Assembly (NCBI GenBank): GCA_048213135.1
Contig: PS015022.1
Coordinates: 128,638-192,637, forward strand
From: Reclinomonas americana ATCC 50394
Taxonomy: Eukaryota
DNA: 64,000 bases
Direction: 5' to 3'
The notes under the pieces were generated by a model that saw nothing but the letters and a program-made list of their open reading frames with translations, ran no database searches and was not told where the DNA came from. Position numbers and translations under genes: made by a program. Shown in pieces: positions 41,529-52,913 of the stretch; position 1 is the stretch's first letter; the number at the start of each line of letters is the position of its first letter.

Positions 41529-44310
41529 ATGACTGAGCGTACGGGCAGTCTGAGCCCACGGCCGCTCAGTCGCTTCAGCAGTTTAGGTGAGGACCTCACG
41601 CCCGGAGCGACAAGTCGTCGTCGCCCGTTGGCCGTTTTTTCTGTCTCACACATACGCAGGATCGGATGGTCGCCTGTACTTGCCACCACTCAACTCGTCG
41701 CCACCGCTCATGCCGCTCCCGTCGCCGCAAGCGCTGATCGATGTGCTGCCGTACGCGCGTCCGCCATCGTCGTCGCTGTCGCCGACGAGACCGACGACGG
41801 CCACCCGACGATCGCCATCGCCCACTGCTGTGCAACAAGGGGAGCGCGAGGGCGGCGAGGGCGAGGAGGAGGAGGACGAGGTGAGCGATCTGCGACTGCG
41901 TGATCGACTGGCGCGACGACGGAGACCAATGTCGGCGCGTGTACCGGACGCGCCAACGCGACCGCCACCGTCGACGGTGATGACGGCGCCGATGGTGGCG
42001 CCACCAGTCACACTGCATCGACGCTCGCGGCATGCAGAGAGCCCGATTGCTGTCGCGCCTACAGGGCGGCCGGCCAGCCGGCTGACAGTGGATGTGCTGC
42101 AGCAGCAGGCCGATGGACCGGTGAACACGGAACTCGATGCTGAAGTGGAGCCCGACGACGAGGTGTTCCCCGATGTGGTGGTGCCGGCGATTGATGTAGG
42201 CAAGCCGGTGGCTGAGGATGGAGCGGGACGAGAAATCTCCGACTCGGAGCGAGAGCGGCTGGCGCGTCGGCTCGAGTGGACCGGCTGGCGTTGGTTTCGT
42301 GTACTGTTGGCAGTGCATCTGTGTGTGCTCGGCGGTGTCGGTGGTGGCTTTCCGGATCTCTTTCGTCATCTGGCAAAAGACGCGGCACGGACCGCCGATC
42401 CCATTATCCGCACCATGGCCACTGCGTTCACCGGGGTGCGTCGCATCTCTCCCATTTTCTGTGTTCACGCACACGAGGTGGACTCACTGTGTCGTCGTCT
42501 CGCCCGCAGTCCATGTTTCTGGTGTACTTTGGACCGGCGTTCTTCTGCAGTCTCTTTATTGGCTCCGCCTGCGTCAATGAGTGTCGCGGACCTAGCCGTC
42601 GGCGATCGTGGCTCATCGCCTTCACCTTGATCATTCTGTGCCTGCTGTTCGCGTACCACGTGGCGCTCTTGACGTATCTGGTGGTGTCTCACGTGGCGCC
42701 GTCGTCGCAACGCAACGTGTGGGACGTGATTGCGTACGCCTTGTACTATCTGGAGTGTGTAGTGATTCTGGCCGAGTTTGTGGCACTGGCGGTCGTCGCG
42801 CGCTCCCGTTGGATCACCGTAACACCGGCTGGTGAGCCTCTTCTCCATATTTTTTGTCATGCGCTGTTACATAATCTGTATGTGTGTGCGACCACAGCGT
42901 CCACGGCCGACTTGATTTCGCTGGCTGGTAGGTTGCCAGTTTGCAGAGATACGAGACTTGTACAATGTTTATTCTTACACACGGCGTTGATGTGCACAGG
43001 CGACAAGGGCGTGGCAGCCGATCCCGTGGAGGAGGCCGATCGGGAGGTGCGCCGAATTCTCAAGCGCGGAGGGCCAGGTTTGAGTTGTCTTGCGGCTGTT
43101 TTGGTCAAGGGTGTTGTTGACACGATTATGTGCAGAGGAGGGCGTGCTCGCGTCGCCGCGCTCACGCAGTGGAGAGCGTTCACCGCGCAAGCTGCCCGAC
43201 AGTCGAATTCACACTGCGATGGGTGTGTCGTTGTGGAGTGGATCGCGCGTGTTTTTCGTGTACTTTTTTTGCTGACCAACAAGCATAAATCGAGCAGCGA
43301 CAGTGGAGGACGCGGCAGGGGAACGAGAAGCACGTCGCGAACATCGCCACCGTCACCGGCGACATCGTCATGGCGAGCGTCGGCATCGACGGCACTCAAG
43401 GTCCAAGGGTGCGTGGTGGATGGGTGAAGAAAAGGAGAAGGAGAGGGAAAGGAGGAGGAAGAAGAAGAAGAAGAGAAGAAGAAGGAGGAGGAAGAAGAAG
43501 AAGAGAAGAAGAAGATGGAGAAGGAGGAGAAAAGGAGGAATATGAGTAGGAAAATAGGAGAAGAAGAAGGGGGAGTATAGGAAGAAGGAGGAGGGAGGAA
43601 AACAAGAAACGAAGAAGAAGAAAGAATAGGAGGACGATAATGGGGAGAAGAACCAGAAATCGAAGGAAATAGAGGCGGAAGGGGAGGAGAAGAGAAGAAG
43701 AAGGTGGAGGAGGAGGAGGAGGAGGAGGTGGAGAAGGAGAAAAATAGGAGGACGAGAAAGAGCAAGGAGGAAAAGCAAGAAGAAGAGCATAAGGATTTGA
43801 GAAAATCGACAGCAAAGGAGTGCCAGAGAGCAACAATGGGGGAAAGAATAGCAAGGACAAGGGCAACCATTCTCCCTCTCATCTTCCTCTCACATTCACA
43901 ACTGCAGGCGATCGCGATCGCGAGCGCTCACGCTCACCTCGACGCTCTCGTTCGGCCCAGCCGCCCGCCAAAGTACCGCAAGGCTGGGAGGGTGCGTCAC
44001 AGCTCCATCACCACCAATCATACGACGCTCGCCCACTCACTTATTTTTCGATGCAGTTCCCGGAGACAGTGAGATGGAGCGCGTGCGGATGCAGAACATT
44101 CATCCGGGTTGGCAGAGTTGCGACGAATGTTCACTCGAGCGCAGACAGAAAAATATCTATCTCACACGTGCGCGTGCAGTGCTGTCGGAGCCCGAGTCTG
44201 GCGACTCGTTCACCGTGGCCAAGACGCGCGACACCGGGCACTGGACCGACGAATCGGCATCGCTATCGCGCTCCTCGTCGTCCTCCAGCATCCACGAGCA
44301 GCAGACGTGA
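41529..44310 (+). CDS. Hypothetical membrane protein (about 4 TM) with disordered termini
   Basis: Hydrophobic segments WFRVLLAVHLCVLGG, MFLVYFGPAFFCSLFIG, WLIAFTLIILCLLFAYHVALLTYLVV, VIAYALYYLECVVILAEFVALAVVA. The 3' exons are less certain. Confidence 0.6.
43420..43865 (+). repeat. Purine-rich (GAA/GGA) low-complexity tract, intronic
   Basis: About 450 nt that are overwhelmingly A/G on the + strand. Confidence 0.85.
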
Positions 44311-44350
44311 GGCGCGGTGTGACCAGCGACTAGGAGGTGTGATGCCGCGG

Positions 44351-45159
44351 TCACTGCGCAGCAGCATCGGCCGCCGTCGCCGCCGCCGCCGCCGAGGCCG
44401 CAGACGGCGGCACGCGACGAGTCAGCAGTTCGAGCTCCACGATTCTGCGTTCCAGCTCGTCAAACTGCTGGTTCTCCTGCAGCACCCGAGAAAAGGCGTT
44501 GATTTCGCCAATCCACTGTCGCCGCAGCTCAGAAGTCGCCGCCGACACTTGATAAATGCGCGTCGGTGTCACCACCTCAAAGTACCCACTGCTGCTCCCA
44601 ATACCGACCGCGCCTCCTCCGCTCAATGCTGCAGCTGCAGCGGCGGCCATTCCGCCTCCGCCTGCACTCCCAAAGTTGGAGAAGCTGTGTGTGCTCACGG
44701 CCGAGCTGAGGCTGCTTGCGCTGCCTGTGCGTGGAATGCCGGGCGAGCCGGGCGGCAGCACGCTGAGTGCCGCCGAGGACGCACTGGAGGACAGTGAGGA
44801 GGCGGAGGTCGAGGAGGTGAGTGTCGTCACGCTTCCGTCGACAGACTGCGGGGAGCGGGAATGAGTGAGAGTGAGAGAGATGGGGAAAGCGGGTGAGAAA
44901 GGCAACTCTTGCAATGGCTTCTGCGAGTGGAATGACGCCAGCGGGGCGCGAACTGCCACGACCTGTCGGGCTCTTGTAGTAGGTGAGAGTCATGGCGGAG
45001 GGGTCGAGCTCGAACCAGCGTTCCTTCCAGCTCTTGTTGACGACACCGCGCTTGCCGAGCACGCCAACAATCTGTGGTGGGGGAGGGTGAGGCACGAAGG
45101 GGGGAAGGAAGAGAGATGGAGGTGCACTCGACCTTGCCATCTGCCAGGCGCTCCATCAT
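44351..45159 (-). CDS. PH-domain protein with Ser/Gly/Ala-rich insertion and short coiled coil
   Basis: MMERLADGK|IVGVLGKRGVVNKSWKERWFEL...LTYYK...GVIPL, then the insertion, then YFEVVTPTRIYQVSAATSELRRQWIGEI. Confidence 0.85.
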
Positions 45160-45280
45160 TTCTCTTGTGTTGTGGCCTGTTGTGTGAGTGTGAGAGAGAG
45201 AGTTTTGGTTGATTGATGTGTGTCGTCTCCTTGGCTGATCAGGCGCGGACTCCTTTGGTTCGGCTCTCGTCAGTGTGTAC

Positions 45281-45352
45281 GCTCATATAGTATAGTGGTT
45301 AGTACTTTCGGTTGTGGTCCGAACGACCCCTGTTCGATTCAGGGTATGAGCA
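45281..45352 (+). tRNA. tRNA-His (GUG)
   Basis: Acceptor stem GCTCATA/TATGAGC, D arm GTAT...GTAC, anticodon arm TTCGG-TTGTGGT-CCGAA, T arm CCCTG-TTCGATT-CAGGG, discriminator A. G-1 is not encoded, as is usual in eukaryotes. Confidence 0.95.
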
Positions 45353-45354
45353 CA

Positions 45355-45362
45355 TTTTTTTT
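45355..45362 (+). terminator. RNA polymerase III oligo-T terminator
   Basis: A T8 run lies 2 nt after the tRNA discriminator. Confidence 0.8.
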
Positions 45363-46311
45363 CATTTTTTCTGCCGCTGTTTTTTTTTTCTTTCTTTCTG
45401 GAGCGCTCACGATGCATGCACATGCAACTCGTGAAGACATGGTGAGAGAATAATGGATTGACAAAACTAGAATTTCCAGATCTACTATGCATGGATATCG
45501 ATAGAAACTGAATTCGAACGCTTGCACCTGCAGCACACCTGTCTCGATGACCAGTCACGTGCAACATATTCAAATACAAACCTTGTTGACGGCAGCGATG
45601 GTTTTTGCGTCTGATAGCTTTCAGAGCTTCGAACAAATCGAAAACTTCGATATCACAATATTCACCGCAAAGCGTGGCTGAACTGTGGATTTGACGCACT
45701 TGCATAGACATGGCGCCATCTGGGATCGTACATGGCACCTCCAACCTTTGAGTAGAAGACAAAGGCAGGCAAACGAAGCAAAGCTGCGTCCGGGTCCATG
45801 AATTCGACTTCGAACGAAAGAAATCCGCGATCTTGTTCATTTAAATTCCCAGAAGGAATGCAGGACGGCAGCAACGGATGCTGGTGTTGTTGTTGTCATA
45901 ATTGATACGGACACCCAACTACCAGACAACTTGCAATTGCACTCGAGTCCGCCACGAACAAATAGCAGCACCAACACAAATGCGTTTCTGCTCCTTCCCG
46001 GACTTGCTTGCATTGCCGCTTCCGCTACTTTTCCGGACTTGCTTGCACGCTGCCCGGCATTTGTTGGGGTTCTTTTGTGCTCTGACACCAAGTCCACTTG
46101 CCATGTCTTCTGTATTCCTCTCTGAAACTCGGCGTCATATCCATTCTTGTCATGAGCCGTGGTTTCTTGCAGTTCAATATTCGCCAGCATTAGACATCTC
46201 GGCTTTTCCCCACTGTTTCCGTGTTGTCTCTGTTCCTGGTTCCCATCGTGCATCATGCGATTTGTTAGTGCCCGGTCATCGCGTAATCTCATGCCTCTCC
46301 TTCATTATCAT

Positions 46312-47166
46312 TCACTCTGGCGCCGTATGGTGCATGACCGCTTCATAAACCTACCATCAACACAGAAGCAGTGGTGCGCGTGCGCGAGTCAGCAACCCCC
46401 TCTCATTCATCATCATGACATCACGCTTGCCCGCCAGACGCAACGAGTAGTGTGACAGCATTGACGGGGAACGAGCGAATAAGGGTGACCAGCAGGCCGC
46501 GGAAGAAGACAGCCACGCCCTCCGTTCTGTACATCTGTCGGGCGCAGTCCAAAATCCCATGATACTGCGCGCATCGGTACACAATGTGAATCGTCGCCAC
46601 CTCCTCCTATACCTAAACACAGTACGCGACGCAACTTGCATGTGATTGTGGCTCTGCGTTTGAATTCTCGACTTGATGACATCGGTGGGGAACGAGACTA
46701 GCCAGTAGGCCGTCCCGGCAGCTCCGCCAGCCATTAGCAAGGAAAACACATCCAGCGTCTCTTGCTCATCCACGTCCTCGCCAATCATGACAAGTTTTGT
46801 CAGGCGGTATCTGCGCTCACTTTTCACACACACGACAACAACAACAACAACATGGTGCACGCTACCACTCCCTCGCCACTCACGTTCCAAAGTATGCTGC
46901 GCCGCACACACACACACACGCAAAGGTGAGGACGGAAAAGAGTAAGTAAATGGAGCGATGGAGTGGCGCACCTGCATTGCCCGGTATCTCACGCAGAAGC
47001 GTGGCGCCAAAACCCTGCATTGCACTCGCGTGAGCAGAATACCCCTGCTTGCATATTGTCGACATGCAGAGGCAGACCGTCATGAGACCGCGCATGCCTT
47101 CCGTTTTCACTGCACATTCGCCGCAGAGTCAGTATCATTGCATGCAGCTGAAGTGAGAACGGAGTG

Positions 47167-47233
<67 letters not shown>

Positions 47234-47694
47234 NNNNNNNNNNNNNNNNNNNNNNNNNNNNNNNNNNNNNNNNNNNNNNNNNNNNNNNNNNNNNNNNNNN
47301 NNNNNNNNNNNNNNNNNNNNNNNNNNNNNNNNNNNNNNNNNNNNNNNNNNNNNNNNNNNNNNNNNNNNNNNNNNNNNNNNNNNNNNNNNNNNNNNNNNNN
47401 NNNNNNNNNNNNNNNNNNNNNNNNNNNNNNNNNNNNNNNNNNNNNNNNNNNNNNNNNNNNNNNNNNNNNNNNNNNNNNNNNNNNNNNNNNNNNNNNNNNN
47501 NNNNNNNNNNNNNNNNNNNNNNNNNNNNNNNNNNNNNNNNNNNNNNNNNNNNNNNNNNNNNNNNNNNNNNNNNNNNNNNNNNNNNCGACGAGTACTGTCC
47601 GAACGGTAGGTGTAGGACGACTAGTCTTCGTCGTATACTCGTCTCGTCCGTAACCGTACTACGCCCTTCGGTACGTACGACGTAGTAGAGACGA

Positions 47695-47744
<50 letters not shown>

Positions 47745-48858
47745 TCTCACTCACCGATCGCTCTGGCCAAGTCCCACGAGCCAGAGTACCGCTTCACGAT
47801 TTGAACCTGTGCGCGCGCGACATCCATGCTCAGTGAGCACACCTACAGCCACTCTCGCCACCCCACGCTGCTGATCATGACACACACCTGCAACCGGCAC
47901 TTGACTGTCCGCCCCCATAAAGGCAGAAGAGTGAGCAAAGCCACTCGTCGTGTTGATAGATCGATCGGAGACTCACCAAGCTCAGCCGGGGACAGGATAA
48001 AACTTGTACAGACCTACCACAACGACGACAGCTGGTTGGTGAGTTCCCACGCACATCTGCTACCCACAAAAAAAGAGACGCTATGCGCAACCCCTGTTAG
48101 AGCCCCAGAAAGCATGTGCTGTGGGAGCGATAGTCGCTGGTTTTCCTCAGTCTGCGCGAACTCCTGAGCACGACGAGTCACACACCATGCACATACGCAC
48201 ACAAGACGCACCTGAATCATTTTTCGTATTACACCATTTACGCTGTTGACGCGGGAAGCGACAAGAGGATGTGAGAAGGTGGGGATCATCGCATCTCAAA
48301 GCACAAAGAGCGACTCACCTGAACATGAGTGCGTCATCGACAACAGCCGCCATCAACGGTGCACTGAGTCCCTTGAAGAAGGCCAGTGGCTGCGCGCGCA
48401 CAAAACGAATGAAAGAATATGAGGTCACGCTCATCACACAAGCACACACAAGCACGCGCGCGACGCACTCCTTCGAGCGCAATCAGTTCCATTGCGCAGT
48501 GGAAGGCACCACGATAGTGCGGCCGTGTTTGCAGACGCGTTTTCTGTGCGCACGTGGGCGAGAAGAGCGAGTGAGCTACAAAACACACACACACACACAC
48601 ATTCTCTCTCTCTCGCGCGCGTGCGCAACTATCAAGTCTAATGGATGACCAACAGTGGTCTGCGCGGCACACACAACCATGAGCAGAGTGAGCAAGTGAC
48701 AGAGGGGAGGGAGCGCGGGAAGGGGAAGAAGAGCGCACCCCAACAATGCCACCGGCCGTTCCCGCCAGCAAGTCACGCAACACATCGCGGACCAGCGCGT
48801 GACGATGGGAGGGGCCGGGTGCCACAGTGTGTGCGTGCTCTGGTGAAGCACCGTGCAT
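46312..48858 (-). CDS. Mitochondrial carrier (SLC25; carnitine/ornithine carrier-like)
   Basis: DLLAGTAGG, VGHPLDLI|KTRLQ, FFKGLSAPL, GFGATLLREIPGNA|AYFG, LMAGGAAG...SFPTDVIKSRIQ, RSFPVNAVTLL|VYE. The gene spans the second N gap. Confidence 0.9.
47169..47750. repeat. (CT)n microsatellites around an assembly gap, intronic in the carrier gene
   Basis: CT repeats at 47169-47233 and about 47698-47748. Confidence 0.9.
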
Positions 48859-49126
48859 TCAAGGAGAGGGAGACAGGGCGACAGACGACAGACAAGAGGA
48901 GATGGTGTGCGTGCATACGCGATCGCCGTTGGCGAGTGGCAGTCTGTGCGCCCTTCGTCTTGCACACACCCAGACACTGGACGCACACACGCACACGCAC
49001 GCACGCTCACTCGACGAGTGCGAAAGCGATCAATCGACGAAGGACGGAAGGACTGCGCGTACGTTTACGTTAATGGTACATATGCACTTTTATGGTTGGG
49101 GGGAGAGGTGGTGGCGACGGTGTGAT

Positions 49127-50453
49127 TTATCTGGGTGCCGCCGAGGCTGCTGCGGATGCGGAGGAGTGAGTGGCAGTCACTTCGCCGGAGGTGCGTTGGA
49201 GCCATCGCTGCAGCGTCTCGTGCCACTCGTCGCGCGACTGATCCGTGTCCTCGAAAGACAGGTAGAACAAGCGAACAGCCTCGTGTAAGTCGCCCTCGTG
49301 ACCGCTGCCACTTAGCAGACCGAGATCTGCCGAAGGGTGTGAGGACATGCTTCGATATTGGAGTCTTTAAACATCAGGCTCTCTCACCTTCGCGGATCTG
49401 CAACACCAGAACCTGCGACTTGCCCGATTTCTCGTCGGCACGCTCAATGTCCAGCACGCTTTGCACGCTGATGCATCCCTTGAGCTGCACATGCACACAC
49501 ATGCATTGGTCGACCATACAAGAGGCAGATTGATATCACGGGCAACGCAACCACATTGTCTTTGAAGTACGACAGGCCGTACTCGGTCACCTTGAACATG
49601 CGCTTCTTCCACGACTGCACGCAGAGGTGAGCTTTTACCTCGGCACATCCGACTGCGCACACAGGCAACGACGACGAAACATGCACAAATCCACCGCGTT
49701 TCCACAGCTCGCCCTGTCGCAGCACATTGCCGGTCGGGTTCGCGCTCCTGCACGCACGTTGTCGGTGGACACGCATCGCCACACGCACACAAGCACAGAG
49801 AGAGATCGAGCGGCGCAACATGACAGTGGCCCTGCGCATTCTCCTCGACTTGGCCAAGCACGTGGTAATCGCCTGCAACCACTGCTGCCGATCGTCGCCA
49901 TCCGCAAACGACATGTAGAACTTGCGTGGCGTGCTCATGCCCACCAGCTCAAACGATGCTATCGGCCAGAGACAGTGAGACAAGAGAGACATGAGTGAGA
50001 GTGGACAACACGCACCTGGTTCCTCATCCGTGGCCAAAATCAGCAACACAAACTTGCGCCCATTCTTCTCATCGAGCAGCTGAATGTCGCGGATGCCGCC
50101 AATCAAAATGCTCCCGAGACAGCTCTCCAGCTGCGCGTCAATGTTGATGAGTGCAAAAGAGAGAGAGAGAGAATGGTGGTGGTGAGAACATGCACGCACT
50201 GTATCATCTTTAAAGTAGATCAAATGCTTCCCGCTGGCGTCCAACACAAAGTACCGCTTCTTCCATGAGCGGAACAGACTGCCACGCTTCACTGCCCAGC
50301 CTGTGTGGGCGTGCGCAGAGAGAAGAGAGGTGGGCAATTGCACACTCGCTCACAGAAACACAAAACACGCTTCTTTTATCACTTGCCATGATACACTGCG
50401 CGGAGCTGTTGCGCACTGCCTGAGGAACCCGCGGCTGCAGAGGGCGCAGACAT
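49127..50453 (-). CDS. Tandem PH-domain protein
   Basis: VYHG|WAVKRGSLFRSWKKRYFVL...RQQWLQAI and LRQGELWKRGG...SWKKRMFKV...RDEWHETL. The first intron is GC-AG. Confidence 0.88.
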
Positions 50454-50697
50454 TTGCACGGAAGAGAGAGAGTGAGGCGAAGGCACGATCCGCCGTCCAT
50501 CGGATCAACACAACAACACTTGTGCGACAGACACAAGACGAGAGCAGAGGTGAGTCGCGTGTGCTCAAGCAGCAGCAGAGGAGACACACACGCACACGCG
50601 CGTCTCTGTTGTGTTTGCGCGCGCGTGCGTTTGTTTGTGTGTTTCTCCGACATGCCTCACTCACTCTCTCTCCCTTGCGCGCACACACACACAATAG

Positions 50698-51380
50698 ATG
50701 GCAAGCGCAGGAGCAGAAAGCGGTCTCGGTCGCATGGGCGCCTTCTTCCGCACGCGGCTCTTTGGCGAGGCAGTCACCAGCAGCTTCCGAAGTTGCGAGA
50801 GAAACACACTCACTGACACGCTTGCTCTCTCTCTCTCTCTCACACTCTCTCTTGCACACACACACACTTGCACACACACACACACACACACACTTGCACA
50901 CACACGAAATGTGCATTTCACCGACCGCTCACTCTCACTCTCTCTGTGCGCAGTGTATGAGGGACCTCGTGTGGGTGGAATGGCCGCTGGTCGCGCCTTT
51001 GATGCACTGGATAACATGGTGCAGAGTTGCGTTTTCCCCATCGCTCGCCTTTTCATCTCGTTTATGCGGTTCTCATCATTGTTATCATGTATTTAGAGGT
51101 GAAGGCGGATGCGGAGTGGAAGGACTTGCCGCTTCCGTCGCGCGAGTACGCCATGGCGTATCCGCAGGACTTGCCGACGGATGTGGATGCTGTGTTGAGC
51201 GTCGATGCGTATCGGACGTGGGTGAAGGCGTTGTTGCTGTTTGCGTCGTCGGTGCAGCAGGTGCCAGGTGCGCTCACTGATTGTGGATCATCTCTCTCTC
51301 TCTCTCTCTCTGAGACTCTCCTTCTTCTTCTTCTTCTTTCTCTCCTCCTCCTCCTCTTCCTCCTCCTCCTCCTCCTCCTC

Positions 51381-51413
<33 letters not shown>

Positions 51414-52769
51414 TTCGCTCACCTCTGCGCTCTTCCCCCGCCTCCGCAGTGCAACCGAGTCCACAGCCATCGCCGCGAGTGACGGCGCTTGACAAGTCGC
51501 TGGCGGCGTACGAGCAGGCGCGAGAGCAGGCGCTGTCGTCGCCAACGCCGTCGCCGTCGTCGTCGGTGGCGTCGCCTCCGCTGGCGGCTACGATCACGCA
51601 GCCGTTGTCGCAGCACCTGGGATCGCCGGTGCGCCAGCCGGAGACCACGTCGCCGCAGGTGACGGTGTTGAGTGTGGTGAGTGGGGCGGCGCAGCGAGTG
51701 GCGCCGTCGCCGGCTCCCTCGCCCTTCTCCACGCCAACGTCGATGTACTCGACGCCGTTGTCGCGCATGCCGGCGGCGGCGGCGTCGCCGGCTCCCTCAC
51801 GCGCTGCTCCCGAGACCAACGACGAGGCGTTGACACCACGCACGGTTGCGTCTGGTGGTCGGCCAAAGATGTCGGGCCAGCTGTACAGTTGCGTTTGTCG
51901 ACATGCCTCACCGCGTCTCCCCCCATCGCTCATTGCGTCTTTTGCAGCGGAGGAGGATCTGAAGGCCGCTGACAAGAGCATCAATGTTCCGCGCATGTTG
52001 GACCAGCTGCGACACGAGCTGGAGGACGAGGAGCGACAGCACTGGGAGCGCATTGACCGTGAGCGATCGGAGCGCAGCACGGAGATGAACCGCGTGTTGA
52101 GGGTGAGGCACGCCGCCGCTCTTCAATCGCACCTGTATGTGTGTGTATTTAACTGTGCGGTGCAGGAAACGATTGCGGCGTATCAACCGGGTGCCAAGAT
52201 CGCCGCCGAGCGTCTCTTCAGGATCGCCAAGACCAGGAATCAAGAAAAGGAGTCGACAGGCAGACCGCTTGGCGAGTACCTGCTGGCCTCCCCGGCCGAG
52301 CAGGAGGAGGCGGTGCGCACATATTATGTCTCTTGCCAACTCTCTCTCTCTCTCTCTTCTTACACCGCTGCCACAGGCCCGTGCCGCCGGCCAGTCTCCT
52401 CGCGGGAGCTCGATTGCCCTCAACCCTGCAGCGCCGGCCGCCAGCCCCGCCACCGGCATGCTGCGCAAGCTGATGGAGAAGCGCAAGCAAGTGTCGCGAG
52501 ACATTACGCTGAACACGTCGCCAATCGACGAAGCCACTCGCCAAGTCGAATTCCAGCGCAACGCCGAACGCCTGGAGCAGCAACGACAGGAGCTGCAGGC
52601 GGAGGCGCAAGTACTCGGCACGCACCCGCAAGCAGCAGCACAAGAGTCGCAGGAGCGCTCACGCACCATCTCCGCCGGTCTCATTTCGCGTATGAGCCAG
52701 CAGTCGGCCGCCGCCCCCGCAGGATCGCCGGGTCGACCGCTCGATATGTGGCATGTGTATGCGGTGTAG
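50698..52769 (+). CDS. Hypothetical Pro/Ser-rich and coiled-coil protein; may splice onto the downstream TerD-LRR gene
   Basis: Phase-compatible exons run MASAGAESG...VKADAEWKDLP...LDQLRHELEDEERQHW...QRNAERLEQQRQELQAE. The junction around 52750-52905 could not be resolved. Confidence 0.6.
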
Positions 52770-52913
52770 AGCTGCGTCGAGCAAAGGGCACAGACACTGT
52801 AGACTCGGGGAGAAGATGATGCAATGTATTTTTTGATGATTGATGGACGACGATGACAACCGAACGCCTCTCTCTGTGTCAACCGATCTCTTGCCTTTAC
52901 ACAGGCGCCCTTC

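Noticed and set aside
42857-43882. Phe/Ser/Leu-rich 'membrane protein' ORFs on the minus strand (also 53273-53979)
   Set aside because: They are reverse complements of intronic purine tracts.
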